DNA of 64,000 nucleotides from a virus (taxonomy: Duplodnaviria; Heunggongvirae; Uroviricota; Caudoviricetes). Shown piece by piece: positions 43,448 to 53,540 of the stretch (the first letter of the stretch is position 1; each line of letters opens with the position of its first letter). Made by a program: the position numbers and the translations under genes. The stretch is from IMG/VR virus record IMGVR_UViG_2565956713_000001; one strand, given 5' to 3'. Below the pieces are notes generated by a model. It was not told the DNA's origin. It did no database searches and was given only the letters and a program-made list of their open reading frames with translations.

Positions 43448-44121
43448 TGGCACCCACAATTTATCACCGTATCGACGGTACCAAATACAGGAATGTCTGG
43501 GTTGTTGGTGATCTGCATGGTTGCTACACCAGACTGATGTCCGAACTCCATCGTGTGGATTTTGACCCGGCGCAGGATTTACTGATATCGGTCGGCGACC
43601 TTATCGATCGCGGTACTGAAAATGTCGAATGTCTGGAACTATTGCAGATGCCCTGGTTCAGGGCAGTGATGGGGAACCATGAGCGGCTGATGATTGATGC
43701 GTTAAGTCCAGATGGCAACGTGAATAACTGGCTAATGAATGGCGGACAATGGTTCTTCATGCTGGACACTGATCAGGAAATATTAGCCTGGACGCTGGTG
43801 GAGCTGGTAAAGCGTCTGCCCTATATCATTGAGTTGAACACCGGGCAAGAAACTATCGTTATAGCCCATGCCGACTATCCGGATAATGAATACCAATTCG
43901 GTAAGGAGGTACCGCTTTTCAACGTTGTCTGGGCGCGCGAGCGTATCAGTGATTCGATGGATGATATTGGTGGCGAAATTTCGGGCGCAGATCGTTTTAT
44001 CTTTGGTCACACTCCGGTGAAAAGCCCGAAGACATTCTGGAATCAGCAGTATATCGACACTGGTGCCGTATTTTGCGGAAACCTGACATTGATGAAAGTG
44101 AAAGGTGATGGTGCAGCATGA
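43429..44121 (+). CDS. Ser/Thr protein phosphatase (lambda-PP-type metallophosphatase)
   Basis: GDLHGC, GDLIDRG and GNHE metallophosphoesterase motifs; 230 aa. Confidence 0.8.
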
Positions 44122-44819
44122 AGATTGCTTTAGTTCTTCGCTCTGGTGGTGACTATAACGCTTCCGATGTGCAGTGGCTGGTTAATCAACTGCCAAAAGA
44201 CTATGAAATTATTTGCCTGACAGACCTGAAGTGTTTACATGTACCTGGCGTCAAAGTTATCCCATTGATCAACCAGTGGCAAAAGTGCCGTGGCTGGTGG
44301 GCGAAAATCGAGTTGTTCCGACCGGATATAACCGATGATCTGTTCTATCTGGATTTGGACACGGTTATTGCCGGTGATATACGCCCAATCCTAGAGCATC
44401 CACCAACCAGCTTCACCATGCTTAGGGATTTTTACCATCCACAATATCGTGGCAGCGGTGCCCTGTGGATACCAAATAGTGTTAAAGCGCATATCTGGAG
44501 TTCATTCTGGCAAGATCCGGAAGGTTGGATTTCTCGTTGTGTCACTACTGAGTGCTGGGGTGACCAGGGGTTCTTACGAAAGGTTATGGGCGATGATACA
44601 CCAGCATTTCAGGATCTGTATCCAGGATGGTTTGTAAGTTACAAGGCCGATGTTGTGGAACCTGGTTCAAAATATGCGAGCGCGCGTTACTCCAGGGGGA
44701 ATGGGGCATTACCAAAAGACTGCCGAATAATCTTTTTCCACGGCAAACCGCGACCTCGCGAAGTGTCAGAGGATTGGCTTCCCCTTATCAGCTCATTTTT
44801 TGAGCGAGAATCAGAATAA
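44118..44819 (+). CDS. glycosyltransferase-like protein (GT-A DxD-type, tentative)
   Basis: 233 aa, translationally coupled to the phosphatase; [12 protein letters not shown] motif. Confidence 0.3.
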   Translation: MKIALVLRSGGDYNASDVQWLVNQLPKDYEIICLTDLKCLHVPGVKVIPLINQWQKCRGWWAKIELFRPDITDDLFYLDLDTVIAGDIRPILEHPPTSFTMLRDFYHPQYRGSGALWIPNSVKAHIWSSFWQDPEGWISRCVTTECWGDQGFLRKVMGDDTPAFQDLYPGWFVSYKADVVEPGSKYASARYSRGNGALPKDCRIIFFHGKPRPREVSEDWLPLISSFFERESE

Positions 44820-44820
44820 T

Positions 44821-44886
44821 ATTGCTCTAATAATTCCATATTTTTAAAACGTGATGTACACTCATCACGTTTTTTATTAGAGCAAT
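44821..44886. promoter_or_regulatory. bipartite C1 operator pair flanking a 10-bp perfect palindrome
   Basis: ATTGCTCTAATAATTCC (+) and ATTGCTCTAATAAAAAA (reverse, 44870-44886) flank AAAACGTGATG-tacactc-ATCACGTTTT. Confidence 0.65.
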
Positions 44887-44900
44887 CTACAAGGTGCACT

Positions 44901-45119
44901 ATGTGGCCATTCCGACGGAAATATCACTACTGGCTGATCGCCTTTGTTACGCCGACCGGCGGTATCAGGCATGTCATCACCAGGTATCGCAACAAGAGAC
45001 TCACCTTAGCCAGAATTTTACAGGCTGCCATAGGTGAGGGACTGGATACAAATTGCGTAGTCCTTCCTCCTTCATACTTAGGAAAAATGACCGAAGCACA
45101 AGCTAATACGGAACTTTGA
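44901..45119 (+). CDS. hypothetical small protein (C1-controlled operon)
   Basis: 72-aa ORF just downstream of the bipartite operator. Confidence 0.3.
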   Translation: MWPFRRKYHYWLIAFVTPTGGIRHVITRYRNKRLTLARILQAAIGEGLDTNCVVLPPSYLGKMTEAQANTEL

Positions 45120-45120
45120 A

Positions 45121-46383
45121 ATGATCACTTCAGCACAAAACCAATCAATCGAAAATGTATCTATCCCTGACGTCCTGAATGCCGGTATCCCGGCCATTAT
45201 CCAGAACATCCGGGCCGCGCAACGCCGCGTTAGTTGTGATGACCTCACAGCGCGTTTTTTTGATAATGCGGTTCAGTCAGCGGAGATGCTTCACGCACAG
45301 CTTATTGATGTTTATAACGCAGAAGCTGATAGCCATAACTCCCTGGTAGATGCAGCTGAAAATATGCAGTTGGATCTCGGTCTGAAGGGTAAAGAAATTG
45401 AAGAGCTTCAGCTACAAATTGAACATTTGAAACGCCAGCAACAGGACGCGATCGACGATGCGACGCATGACGCCAACCAGCGTGCTGATAATGCCGAACG
45501 TATAAGCATTGAGCTGGAAACAAAACTCAATGAAATGACCGCGATGGTTGAACTGCGGAACTCACAGATTTCAACGCTAAAATCTCAATATAAAGAGATC
45601 ATGAAACTTGATCCTTTTAACCTTGAGAAACGCTATAACAAAGCTAAAAGCGAGCGACAGGAACTGCGTAAGCAGGTCGCCGACCTTAACCAACAGCTCA
45701 AAAAAACTATTAAAGATGCAAGCGAAGCGCGCGTGGCATTTGCTAATAAAAAAGCAGAGGTTACCGCGCTGGTTAATGAGAATGCCAAATTTGCGACGCT
45801 CAAGAAGGAAATGTATGGCATTACTGAGCGCCGTTTCCCTGCAAGCAAACTTCATCCGACGTTAGGGCAAATCTCCTTCTTCCCGCGCCTCCTGGCTTAT
45901 GGGATCTCATCGCCTAAAGAGTTCAATAACGAGCGTCCTTATATCGTTTCTAAGCTGGACTTTGCTTATCAGTTCTGCTGCGACATGGGCTATGCCATTG
46001 ATATCCGGATCAACGAATGGTTGATGCCAAACTTCCAGCCGTTGGCCATTTTCCGCGAGTTCCAGCCGGAAGGTTGGGTAGAGTTCTTCCATGAATTGAT
46101 CTGTAAAGAGATGGAAAGCCGCCGCCCGGAACTGGTCCGTCGAGTTGAGTGGGCGCAAGAGGTTATGTTGGCAGAGGCAGAGCTGCCGTTCGAACCGGAA
46201 TTTATTGATGATCTGGCAGCTAAAGGGCTGCATACCCTGTTTGATGTGGTTACCCGCCGTCATGAGCAGTTGGTTGTCGAATTGGGTTTAGAGGAAACAG
46301 CGGCAAGAAGACTTCTCGATGTTTGCTATGCACGTAGCGATGCATGGGAAAAAGAGAACGGCGGCACTATTTACGTTCGCTGA
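45121..46383 (+). CDS. coiled-coil protein of unknown function
   Basis: 420 aa with clean start; ~230-aa N-terminal coiled coil and a globular C-terminal domain. Confidence 0.4.
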   Translation: MITSAQNQSIENVSIPDVLNAGIPAIIQNIRAAQRRVSCDDLTARFFDNAVQSAEMLHAQLIDVYNAEADSHNSLVDAAENMQLDLGLKGKEIEELQLQIEHLKRQQQDAIDDATHDANQRADNAERISIELETKLNEMTAMVELRNSQISTLKSQYKEIMKLDPFNLEKRYNKAKSERQELRKQVADLNQQLKKTIKDASEARVAFANKKAEVTALVNENAKFATLKKEMYGITERRFPASKLHPTLGQISFFPRLLAYGISSPKEFNNERPYIVSKLDFAYQFCCDMGYAIDIRINEWLMPNFQPLAIFREFQPEGWVEFFHELICKEMESRRPELVRRVEWAQEVMLAEAELPFEPEFIDDLAAKGLHTLFDVVTRRHEQLVVELGLEETAARRLLDVCYARSDAWEKENGGTIYVR

Positions 46384-46456
46384 TAGTTACAGTGTCACTT
46401 TTAATGCTGGTGGAGTGCGTCCCACCAGCATTTTTTTCGTCCAATGAGGAGGGCAT

Positions 46457-46963
46457 TTGAGTATTTTCAATAAACACGCACACCAGGAACGTCCGTATAT
46501 CGTCATAGTAGATATTGATGGGACGATATCGGAGGCAACGGAAGACAGACTGCATTTGCTTCCGCCACCAGGTAAAGGTGCATTAACAAAGGACTGGAAC
46601 GAGTTTAATCTCGCCTGTGACACCGATACTCCCATCACTCCAGTTATTGATATGGTGCGCCAGTTATTTAACGTTTACACGGTCTGGTTTGTAACCGGGC
46701 GCTGTGAGATCGCAAGGGATAAAACACGAGCTTGGCTGCGGAAGTACGTAACAAACGGGGCTGAGCCTTTGCTATCTATGCGTCCTGCCACCGATGACAG
46801 AAATGACGGCCCAGCAAAGATTGATCTCCTGAAGAAAATTGGTCTAAATAAAATTGCGTTCGCGCTGGAAGATAAGATTGAAGTGGCGCGTGTTTTCAGG
46901 AGTCACGGCGTACTTACGTTAATGGTCAGGGAGTATGAAAACGCGCTTCTCCATCAACAATAA
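46457..46963 (+). CDS. HAD-superfamily phosphatase-like protein
   Basis: 168 aa; N-terminal DIDGT motif. Confidence 0.45.
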   Translation: MSIFNKHAHQERPYIVIVDIDGTISEATEDRLHLLPPPGKGALTKDWNEFNLACDTDTPITPVIDMVRQLFNVYTVWFVTGRCEIARDKTRAWLRKYVTNGAEPLLSMRPATDDRNDGPAKIDLLKKIGLNKIAFALEDKIEVARVFRSHGVLTLMVREYENALLHQQ

Positions 46964-46979
46964 TTGCTCTAATAAATCT
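46963..46979 (+). promoter_or_regulatory. C1 repressor operator (ATTGCTCTAATAAATCT)
   Basis: 16/17 consensus match overlapping the stop codon of the HAD-like gene; followed by TTTTTAAAAC. Confidence 0.7.
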
Positions 46980-47157
46980 TGATTTTTAAAACAGAGAAAG
47001 TGAAAATAAAAACATGCCGTAAGGCGCGGCATGTATCCAATCAATCACAGGAGCTGAAAATATGAACACGGCATTCAAAATCATTATGGCCGCGATCTAT
47101 TTCTGGCTGTTCTCTATCACTTTTGGCGGCATCGTCGCGCATGGGTAAGGGGGATGC

Positions 47158-47883
47158 ATGAAAGGCGAAGTGAAAGAGCGCGGCATGATTTTCAACGATG
47201 AGATGGTCCGAGCCATCCTCGAAGGAAGGAAAACGCAGACGCGGCGGATAATGAAAAATCAGCCTGCGGAAGTTGGTCCAGAAGCACCAGTGATGGTTAG
47301 GGAAATTGGTGCAGGTTTTCAGTGGTACGGGGCTGATGGTGTAAGCAGTGTTTTCAATTGCCCCTTTGGTATCGTCGGCGATCGAATTTGGGTTCGTGAA
47401 ACATGGGCGATATTAGGCAATGAAGATGGTTGCAGTGTGGACTGGAACGACAACCTTTGTCGTGGCGATGAGAAGAACGCAGCAAGGATTTATCGGGCCA
47501 GTTGTGAGCAAAAGCCTGGTGATTACGGTTTATGGTCGATACCCGATGATGCCGACTGGAAACCTCACACTGTGAATGAAAAGTTTGATGGTGGGTGGCG
47601 TCCATCAATTCACATGCCGCGATGGGCATCACGCATCCTGTTGGAAATTACCAACGTGCGCGTTGAGCGGTTGAACGATATCAGCGAATGCGATGCAAGG
47701 GATGAGGGCGTTCCGCCTGCTGGAAGTTTGCTTCCTGATCACCCGGGAACATTCCTTACTCCCAAGGGGGATTTCGCAATGGCCAAGGTTGCGTTCCAGC
47801 GCCTGTGGGAATCCATCTACGGCGAAGAAAGCTGGAGTGCTAATCCCTGGGTTTGGGTAATCGAGTTTGAGCGTATTCAGTAG
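47158..47883 (+). CDS. ASCH-like domain protein (tentative)
   Basis: 241 aa; N-terminal MVRAILEGRKTQTRR resembles the ASCH motif. Confidence 0.35.
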   Translation: MKGEVKERGMIFNDEMVRAILEGRKTQTRRIMKNQPAEVGPEAPVMVREIGAGFQWYGADGVSSVFNCPFGIVGDRIWVRETWAILGNEDGCSVDWNDNLCRGDEKNAARIYRASCEQKPGDYGLWSIPDDADWKPHTVNEKFDGGWRPSIHMPRWASRILLEITNVRVERLNDISECDARDEGVPPAGSLLPDHPGTFLTPKGDFAMAKVAFQRLWESIYGEESWSANPWVWVIEFERIQ

Positions 47884-47892
47884 GGCGAGCGT

Positions 47893-48114
47893 ATGCAATC
47901 AGTTATTTGTGAGGAAGTCGGCCTGAATAAAGCATCCCCAGCAGAGTTAAGAGCAAGTCTCGAAATGGCGCATAGCCTTGCTCAAATTGGTGTCAGGTTT
48001 GTACCAATTCCAGTTGAAACAGATGAAGAATTTCACAGGTTAGCGGCATCGGCAGCACAAAAGCTGGAAATCATGGCAGCGAAAGTAGAGAAAGCTGAAG
48101 GAGCGACAAAATGA
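47893..48114 (+). CDS. hypothetical small protein
   Basis: 73-aa ORF, tightly packed with neighbours. Confidence 0.3.
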   Translation: MQSVICEEVGLNKASPAELRASLEMAHSLAQIGVRFVPIPVETDEEFHRLAASAAQKLEIMAAKVEKAEGATK

Positions 48115-48326
48115 GCAAGCCAACCGACGAAGAAATAGTTCGGGTGTTGGAAGAACACGGGCGCTGTATGACTTACGTCGTGACCAACTGGCTTAGGGAT
48201 AAATATCGCACACTCAAAACGGCATACGTTTTGCGTCGTCTAAAGAAACTGGAGTTCGACGGGAAAGTAAAGCGCGTTAACAGTTCTTATATAAGACAAA
48301 TTTGCTGGGAGGCATCCAGTGAGTAA
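48111..48326 (+). CDS. hypothetical small protein
   Basis: 71-aa ORF overlapping the previous stop. Confidence 0.3.
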   Translation: MSKPTDEEIVRVLEEHGRCMTYVVTNWLRDKYRTLKTAYVLRRLKKLEFDGKVKRVNSSYIRQICWEASSE

Positions 48327-48963
48327 CCGTTTTTACATGATGTGCTTGCGTGAAACTGTGGGTAATAACGCCTCATTCCATTGCCATAACGGCAATGGTT
48401 ACAGTTCTGATATCGATCGCGCTCATGTTTACACGCAGGAAGAAGCCCAAAAAGCCTGGAATTGTGGTCGAGATATCGATCAGCCTGTTTGCGCTGATAG
48501 CGTGGATGCAATGGCTGTGTGGCACGTTGATTGCCAGTACATCCCTACAGAAAGCCTGATTGAGTCAGATTGCACTGCGTATGTGGCCTACAAAAAAGGT
48601 AGCTGGAACGGCAACGATGTTTACTGGCTTCAACACGGTGGATTGCCAACAGATGACTTCAGTAAAGCGACCATCTTTAGCGTCGCCAACAAAAACGAAC
48701 CAGGAATAGTTTGGTTGCCATTTTCCATTGCTGATGCAGCAAAGCGTCGGACGTTCAATATCAATAACTTTAACCGCAGAACAATGGTTCAGGGCGCAGG
48801 TTTGGTCATGCCTGACTGGTTGGAAGAGCAGAACAGAAGAAAGAAGTCGCGAAGCGGGAAGGTGCGTTGGAATTGTCCGCATTGCGGAAAAATAACCTGG
48901 CAGTACAGCCCATATGATTTTGAAGGCTGTAGTGATTACAACTGTGAAGGATGGCGAGAATGA
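48319..48963 (+). CDS. Cys-rich hypothetical protein
   Basis: 214 aa; C-terminal CPHCG...C..YNCEGW cluster. Confidence 0.35.
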   Translation: MSNRFYMMCLRETVGNNASFHCHNGNGYSSDIDRAHVYTQEEAQKAWNCGRDIDQPVCADSVDAMAVWHVDCQYIPTESLIESDCTAYVAYKKGSWNGNDVYWLQHGGLPTDDFSKATIFSVANKNEPGIVWLPFSIADAAKRRTFNINNFNRRTMVQGAGLVMPDWLEEQNRRKKSRSGKVRWNCPHCGKITWQYSPYDFEGCSDYNCEGWRE

Positions 48964-49658
48964 CAATTAACTATCAGGTACTGCGTGAGGCGGCAGAAAA
49001 GGCAACACCAGACGAATGGGTCGCATTTATTTCGACGGATACTGGTACTTATGCGGTGCACACGCCCGGTGATGAACGATGTGAAGACGTTATCAAATGG
49101 ACCGGCTTTGATGGACAGAAAAATGCAGAGAACAACGCTCGTCATGTTGCCGCGTTCAACCCAAAGGTTGCACTGGAGCTGCTTGGTGAAATTAAGTGCC
49201 TGGAGGACACAAAAATTGATGCTATGTGTCGAATTGCAGAGCTTGAGACTAATCTCGCGGCGCTGGTGGCAGAGAACGCCGGGCTGAAACACGCAATGGC
49301 CGTAACTCTTGAGCATGTGTCGGTCACGGATGCAGGGCAGACCGGAGTTGCTGCAATGATTATCAACGATGCCCTGCACCACAGCGAAACTCCAGCTACC
49401 GATGCTTTTCTGGCTGAAATTCGTGCGGAAGCACGCAACGAGGGGATTAACTATACCGCCAGCCGTCTTGCTGCTGCGTTCAATCACGGATTTATCAATA
49501 AGTCTTTGCGTGAAGTTTTCGACGTTACACGCATGATTTTGTCAGCGAAAGAAGAGTTGGCTAATGAAGCGCATCCGATTGATGGCCTGTCTGGTGAATA
49601 TGCGGAGAAATCCCTTGAAGAATGGGCGGAACAGATTCGCAAAGGAAGCAGCCAGTGA
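48951..49658 (+). CDS. Ea22-like protein
   Basis: 235 aa; N-terminal INYQVLREAAEKATP and a coiled coil; paralogous to 49942 and 50652. Confidence 0.45.
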   Translation: MARMTINYQVLREAAEKATPDEWVAFISTDTGTYAVHTPGDERCEDVIKWTGFDGQKNAENNARHVAAFNPKVALELLGEIKCLEDTKIDAMCRIAELETNLAALVAENAGLKHAMAVTLEHVSVTDAGQTGVAAMIINDALHHSETPATDAFLAEIRAEARNEGINYTASRLAAAFNHGFINKSLREVFDVTRMILSAKEELANEAHPIDGLSGEYAEKSLEEWAEQIRKGSSQ

Positions 49659-49945
49659 ATATCGACACGACAATAACGATCGATACGCTCCTAAATACCG
49701 GTCTGGCACTTCTCGGTTGGCTTTACATCATGTCCCGTACATGGCGATGGCTGGGTTCCATTTTCCTAAAACAGTGGAAAAAACGGCGCAAACAGGAACT
49801 ACGCCAGAAGGCATTAGAAGCGTTCTATGACGCATTTGAGCTTAGCCGCATTGAACCAGGTACAACAGCCAGGATAGCGACAAAAGGCGACCTGATGATA
49901 GTGATGTTCCGACAGGAGAGAGCAGAGAAAGGGGAATCAGCATGA
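49655..49945 (+). CDS. small membrane protein
   Basis: GTG start overlapping the upstream stop; one transmembrane helix. Confidence 0.3.
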   Translation: MNIDTTITIDTLLNTGLALLGWLYIMSRTWRWLGSIFLKQWKKRRKQELRQKALEAFYDAFELSRIEPGTTARIATKGDLMIVMFRQERAEKGESA

Positions 49946-50655
49946 AATTTTCCAAATTTTCTGAGTTGGTGAATCGTATTTTGTCCAACAACCACAGCCA
50001 TCGTCGCGATATGGATGTAACAATCGTTGTTCATTCGCCTGGCAGCATTGGTTCAACACCTTCAGTTGAGGTTCAGTCAATTCACGCTGGTTTTGATTGG
50101 GATTCCGGGAAAGTGCTTATTTTCCCATCACAGCCACTGACCACGCTAACACCAGAACAGATTACTGATATCACTGATAGTGTGCGCAAAGGTCAGTCTT
50201 GGCACGCATATCAGGAATACAAGAAGCATCAAGAGCAGTTGGAAAAATTGTCGATTGAACTGGAGGCCGCAAAACAGCGCATTGCAGAGCTGGATGGTAA
50301 TCGCACGGCGCTGGCAGTGGAGAATGCCTCAATGAAGCTGTTTATCAGGGGCTGTTGCTACGTGTTTGATGGCCAGCAGGATGAAATATCTGATGCGTAT
50401 ATCTGCGCAACAGACGGAGGGATGCCGCAAATTCCAGCCACCGACGCTTTCCTGGCTGAAGTTCGGGCGCAGGGGGTGGATGCTGCTATAGAAGCTGCAA
50501 AAAATCTGGTGGCCCAAGAATATGAGTATAAGGATTTCAAAGCGGCGCAGAGTGATTGCTGTATGCACCCTGGTTCAGACCTGGTAGGGAAGGTTGAAAT
50601 GACTGAGTGGTTAGTTGACTTTGCTGCCCAGCTTCGCAAAGGAGGCAACCAGTGA
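49942..50655 (+). CDS. Ea22-like protein (paralog)
   Basis: 237 aa; shares the coiled-coil core and PATDAFLAEVRA segment with 48951. Confidence 0.4.
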   Translation: MKFSKFSELVNRILSNNHSHRRDMDVTIVVHSPGSIGSTPSVEVQSIHAGFDWDSGKVLIFPSQPLTTLTPEQITDITDSVRKGQSWHAYQEYKKHQEQLEKLSIELEAAKQRIAELDGNRTALAVENASMKLFIRGCCYVFDGQQDEISDAYICATDGGMPQIPATDAFLAEVRAQGVDAAIEAAKNLVAQEYEYKDFKAAQSDCCMHPGSDLVGKVEMTEWLVDFAAQLRKGGNQ

Positions 50656-51140
50656 GCGAAATTAATTACCAGGCACTGCGTGAGGCGGCGGAACGTGCAA
50701 TTCCAGCAATGGAACGCCTGTTAATGTTGCCAGTTGATGATGATTTGTTAAGTGAACAGGAACTTAAAGATTACGGTGTGGATATTGATGCGCTCAACGC
50801 CTTCAAATTTCTGGCCGGACCAGAAACCGTGCTGGCACTACTGGATGAACGGGAAAGAAACCAGCAATACATCAAATCCCGCGACCAGGAGAACGAGGAT
50901 ATTGCGCTAACGGTAGGGAAGTTGCGCGTTGAGCTTGAGGCAGAAAAACAGCGGGCAAAGGATCTGTTTATGGAAAATGCTCGGCTTAAGTCAGGTATAG
51001 CCGGTCTGATACACCTCGGTATTCGATATGCAGATGTTGATGTCATGAAAATTGCTGGAGATGCCCAGCTTTCTACCCCATGCACTGACAGCATCATAAA
51101 CAGCATTGCAACAGGCATTCGCATCAACGGAGGTGAGTAG
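50652..51140 (+). CDS. Ea22-like protein (short paralog)
   Basis: GTG start; N-terminal EINYQALREAAERA. Confidence 0.4.
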   Translation: MSEINYQALREAAERAIPAMERLLMLPVDDDLLSEQELKDYGVDIDALNAFKFLAGPETVLALLDERERNQQYIKSRDQENEDIALTVGKLRVELEAEKQRAKDLFMENARLKSGIAGLIHLGIRYADVDVMKIAGDAQLSTPCTDSIINSIATGIRINGGE

Positions 51141-51312
51141 TGCGTGTGGCATGTATTGGCTTGTTACCGTACCCGACTCGTTTTTGGGCTTCTGCGCTAA
51201 TTGCAAAGCCACAGGTCCTGATGGCTGACAACATCACCCCAGCACCAAAGCGCCGCCATACCGGTATTGCAGCGGCACGACGAGCAGCAAAGAGACGCAG
51301 GAGAGCAAAGCG

Positions 51313-51489
51313 ATGAAAAACCGTAAGGCAAAACGACTTTTTTTACAGCGACCTGTGCGTGTGGTGGAGCTGGTTATTAGCAACCATAAGATAGCGGTAC
51401 TCCATCCATTTGGTCAGGTGGCTTTTGCCGCAAAGCGTAAGCCTACTGCGTCACAGAACAGGCGGAAGAAAGGGTACGCAGTAAGATGA
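51313..51489 (+). CDS. small basic protein (tandem duplicate 1)
   Basis: 58-aa ORF starting MKNRKAK, below the ORF-track cutoff; stop overlaps the next start. Confidence 0.25.
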   Translation: MKNRKAKRLFLQRPVRVVELVISNHKIAVLHPFGQVAFAAKRKPTASQNRRKKGYAVR

Positions 51490-51674
51490 AAAACCGTAAA
51501 GCAAAGATTCTGTTAGTTCGTAGAAACGCTCCTGGCGTCTGGCAGTGGGTGAGACTCAGCAACCGACGGATGGGGTTGATGAAATATTACGGGATGATGG
51601 ATTGTGTTTTTTGCAAAAAGCCCAGCGCGGCGCAAAACCGCTGGAAAAACCACTTGCGCACTAAAGGAGAGTGA
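51486..51674 (+). CDS. small basic protein (tandem duplicate 2)
   Basis: 62-aa ORF also starting MKNRKAK. Confidence 0.3.
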   Translation: MKNRKAKILLVRRNAPGVWQWVRLSNRRMGLMKYYGMMDCVFCKKPSAAQNRWKNHLRTKGE

Positions 51675-51675
51675 T

Positions 51676-51897
51676 ATGGCTAACTCATTACTTGAAACCT
51701 GTAACAACTGGCAGATTCAGAGGGCGGAGATTTTATCTCGAAATCCAGATATGGCAATGACAATTGATAACCTGGATACGCTAATTGAACGAACCGTGCG
51801 TTCTGCAATTGATATCGCACATCGAGTGGATTGGGATTTCAGAGAAGCGGAGCGACTTGCTAAAGAGCAGGCGAAAGCTGCGGGCAAAGGAGAGTGA
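51676..51897 (+). CDS. hypothetical small protein
   Basis: Internal Met with strong AAAGGAGAG ribosome-binding site within ORF 51604..51897. Confidence 0.35.
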   Translation: MANSLLETCNNWQIQRAEILSRNPDMAMTIDNLDTLIERTVRSAIDIAHRVDWDFREAERLAKEQAKAAGKGE

Positions 51898-52118
51898 TGT
51901 GCCAACATTATTCAGAAAAGAATATCCGCGAAGAAGCCGAATAACAGAATTTCTGTTTCTCATTCTGTTTATCGTGTTGATGATACCGATATCCCCGTTA
52001 ATTCTGGTATGGGGAATCGGGAAAATAATTGAGCCAGTTATTGAATTGTATAACGACGTGGTATGGGCGTCGTTCAACACATTGCACAACAAAATCAACC
52101 CATATAAGGAAAGCTGAT

Positions 52119-52355
52119 ATGGCAACTTTGACAAAAGAAGAGCGTTTTACCAAAAAACAAATCGCCGAGGCAAAAATCCTCGATAACAACGGAACCTACT
52201 TTATCAACGGCTCCATCCTTCCTGTTTATATCAATGAAGATGGAGACACTTACCTTATTGAAGAGTACGAAAAAGGCGAGCCGAGCGAACACCTCATTAA
52301 AGATTTGTTCGCGGATGGCGTTCTTGTTGCGGTTAATCCAATCGGATACAACTGA
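52119..52355 (+). CDS. hypothetical small protein
   Basis: Internal Met with AAGGAAA ribosome-binding site within ORF 52029..52355. Confidence 0.35.
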   Translation: MATLTKEERFTKKQIAEAKILDNNGTYFINGSILPVYINEDGDTYLIEEYEKGEPSEHLIKDLFADGVLVAVNPIGYN

Positions 52356-52365
52356 GGCATAATTT

Positions 52366-53046
52366 ATGACCACTTTAACCGACAAAGAACTGATTAAAGA
52401 AATCAAAGAGCGTATCAGCAGCCTGGACGTGCGAGACAATATTGAGCGACGGTCGTATGAAATTGCTCTGGCATCGCTGGAAGCAGAACCAATTGCTTAT
52501 ATTTTCAAACATCCGGCCGGGAAATTATTCTGGGCTTTAACGGATGAAAGCAATAAAGAGCAAGTGGACGTTATTCCTGTTTATGCTGCCGCGCTTGCGT
52601 CGGTTGTGCCGGATAATGCATCAGAGCCTCTTGCTTATGCTTACAAAGAGCTTACGCCTGAGATTATGCGCAACCATTTAGCTGTATTCGAGCGATATGG
52701 AATAGCCCCAAACGATAGCTCTACCACAATTCAGGCACTGCGAATCGCGCTGGATGGCATAGAGCGGAGCGACGCCATGCTTCATGGTGCCAAACCTGTA
52801 AGCCAGACTTACAAGTTGAACAAGCTGTCGGGCAACTATCCGGTAATTCCGGATAGTTGGATAAGCTGTAGTGAGCGAATGCCCCCTCAAGATGATTGGA
52901 TTTTAATTTATTCAAAGCACGGCGAGTATATGGCAGGACAGGTACAAGGGGAATACGTGGAGTTGAGCGACGGCACTTTATCGTGGTTAGGGAACGCCTT
53001 GTTCTGGATGCCGCTACCGGAACCGCCGCAGGAGGTGAATCAATGA
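52366..53046 (+). CDS. DUF551-like prophage protein
   Basis: 226 aa; C-terminal WISCSERMPP...WMPLPEPP; shares GNYP.IPDS motif with ORF 54197. Confidence 0.4.
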   Translation: MTTLTDKELIKEIKERISSLDVRDNIERRSYEIALASLEAEPIAYIFKHPAGKLFWALTDESNKEQVDVIPVYAAALASVVPDNASEPLAYAYKELTPEIMRNHLAVFERYGIAPNDSSTTIQALRIALDGIERSDAMLHGAKPVSQTYKLNKLSGNYPVIPDSWISCSERMPPQDDWILIYSKHGEYMAGQVQGEYVELSDGTLSWLGNALFWMPLPEPPQEVNQ

Positions 53047-53110
53047 GCTGGCCTGAAGCATTCACCACGGTAGGAATTGTGATGGCGGCAGCACTGGGTT
53101 TGTATTCAAT

Positions 53111-53362
53111 TTGTCGCTGGTGGTAACGATGGGAAAAATAACTTTTGTAGTCGAATTTGAGGATGGCAAAGAGCCACCTGTTAGCGCCAATCTTGATGTT
53201 GCTGGTGGCAGGCTTGTTTCGGTTCTATTTGGTGACTACCGAGATGACTTCTTCCAACCAGAAGAAGTTGATGTAGTGCGAGAGGCATTAAACGAGTTAA
53301 GTGTTGATAACGATGATGCTCATGCGGAAATCATCCAAAAAATGGAACTGCTAACTCACTAA
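53111..53362 (+). CDS. hypothetical small protein
   Basis: 83-aa acidic ORF. Confidence 0.3.
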   Translation: MSLVVTMGKITFVVEFEDGKEPPVSANLDVAGGRLVSVLFGDYRDDFFQPEEVDVVREALNELSVDNDDAHAEIIQKMELLTH

Positions 53363-53540
53363 ATTATCAATTATGGTGCTATCACCTACGACACCGAGAG
53401 AAAATTTATAATGTCAAAAGTAAATGTTTTGATTTTTTCAGCAATTGTTGGCTTTGGTTTTACTGCCGGAGTGCAGATTTATATTACGTGGGAAAAAATC
53501 ATCAACTACGCATGGAGTTGTTTTATTAAGTGAGGTAAGT

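Noticed and set aside
53410-53532. 40-aa hydrophobic ORF (MSKVNVLIFSAIVGFGFTAGVQIYITWEKIINYAWSCFIK)
   Set aside because: Plausible small membrane peptide but with a weak ribosome-binding site and no homolog I can recognize; evidence too thin.
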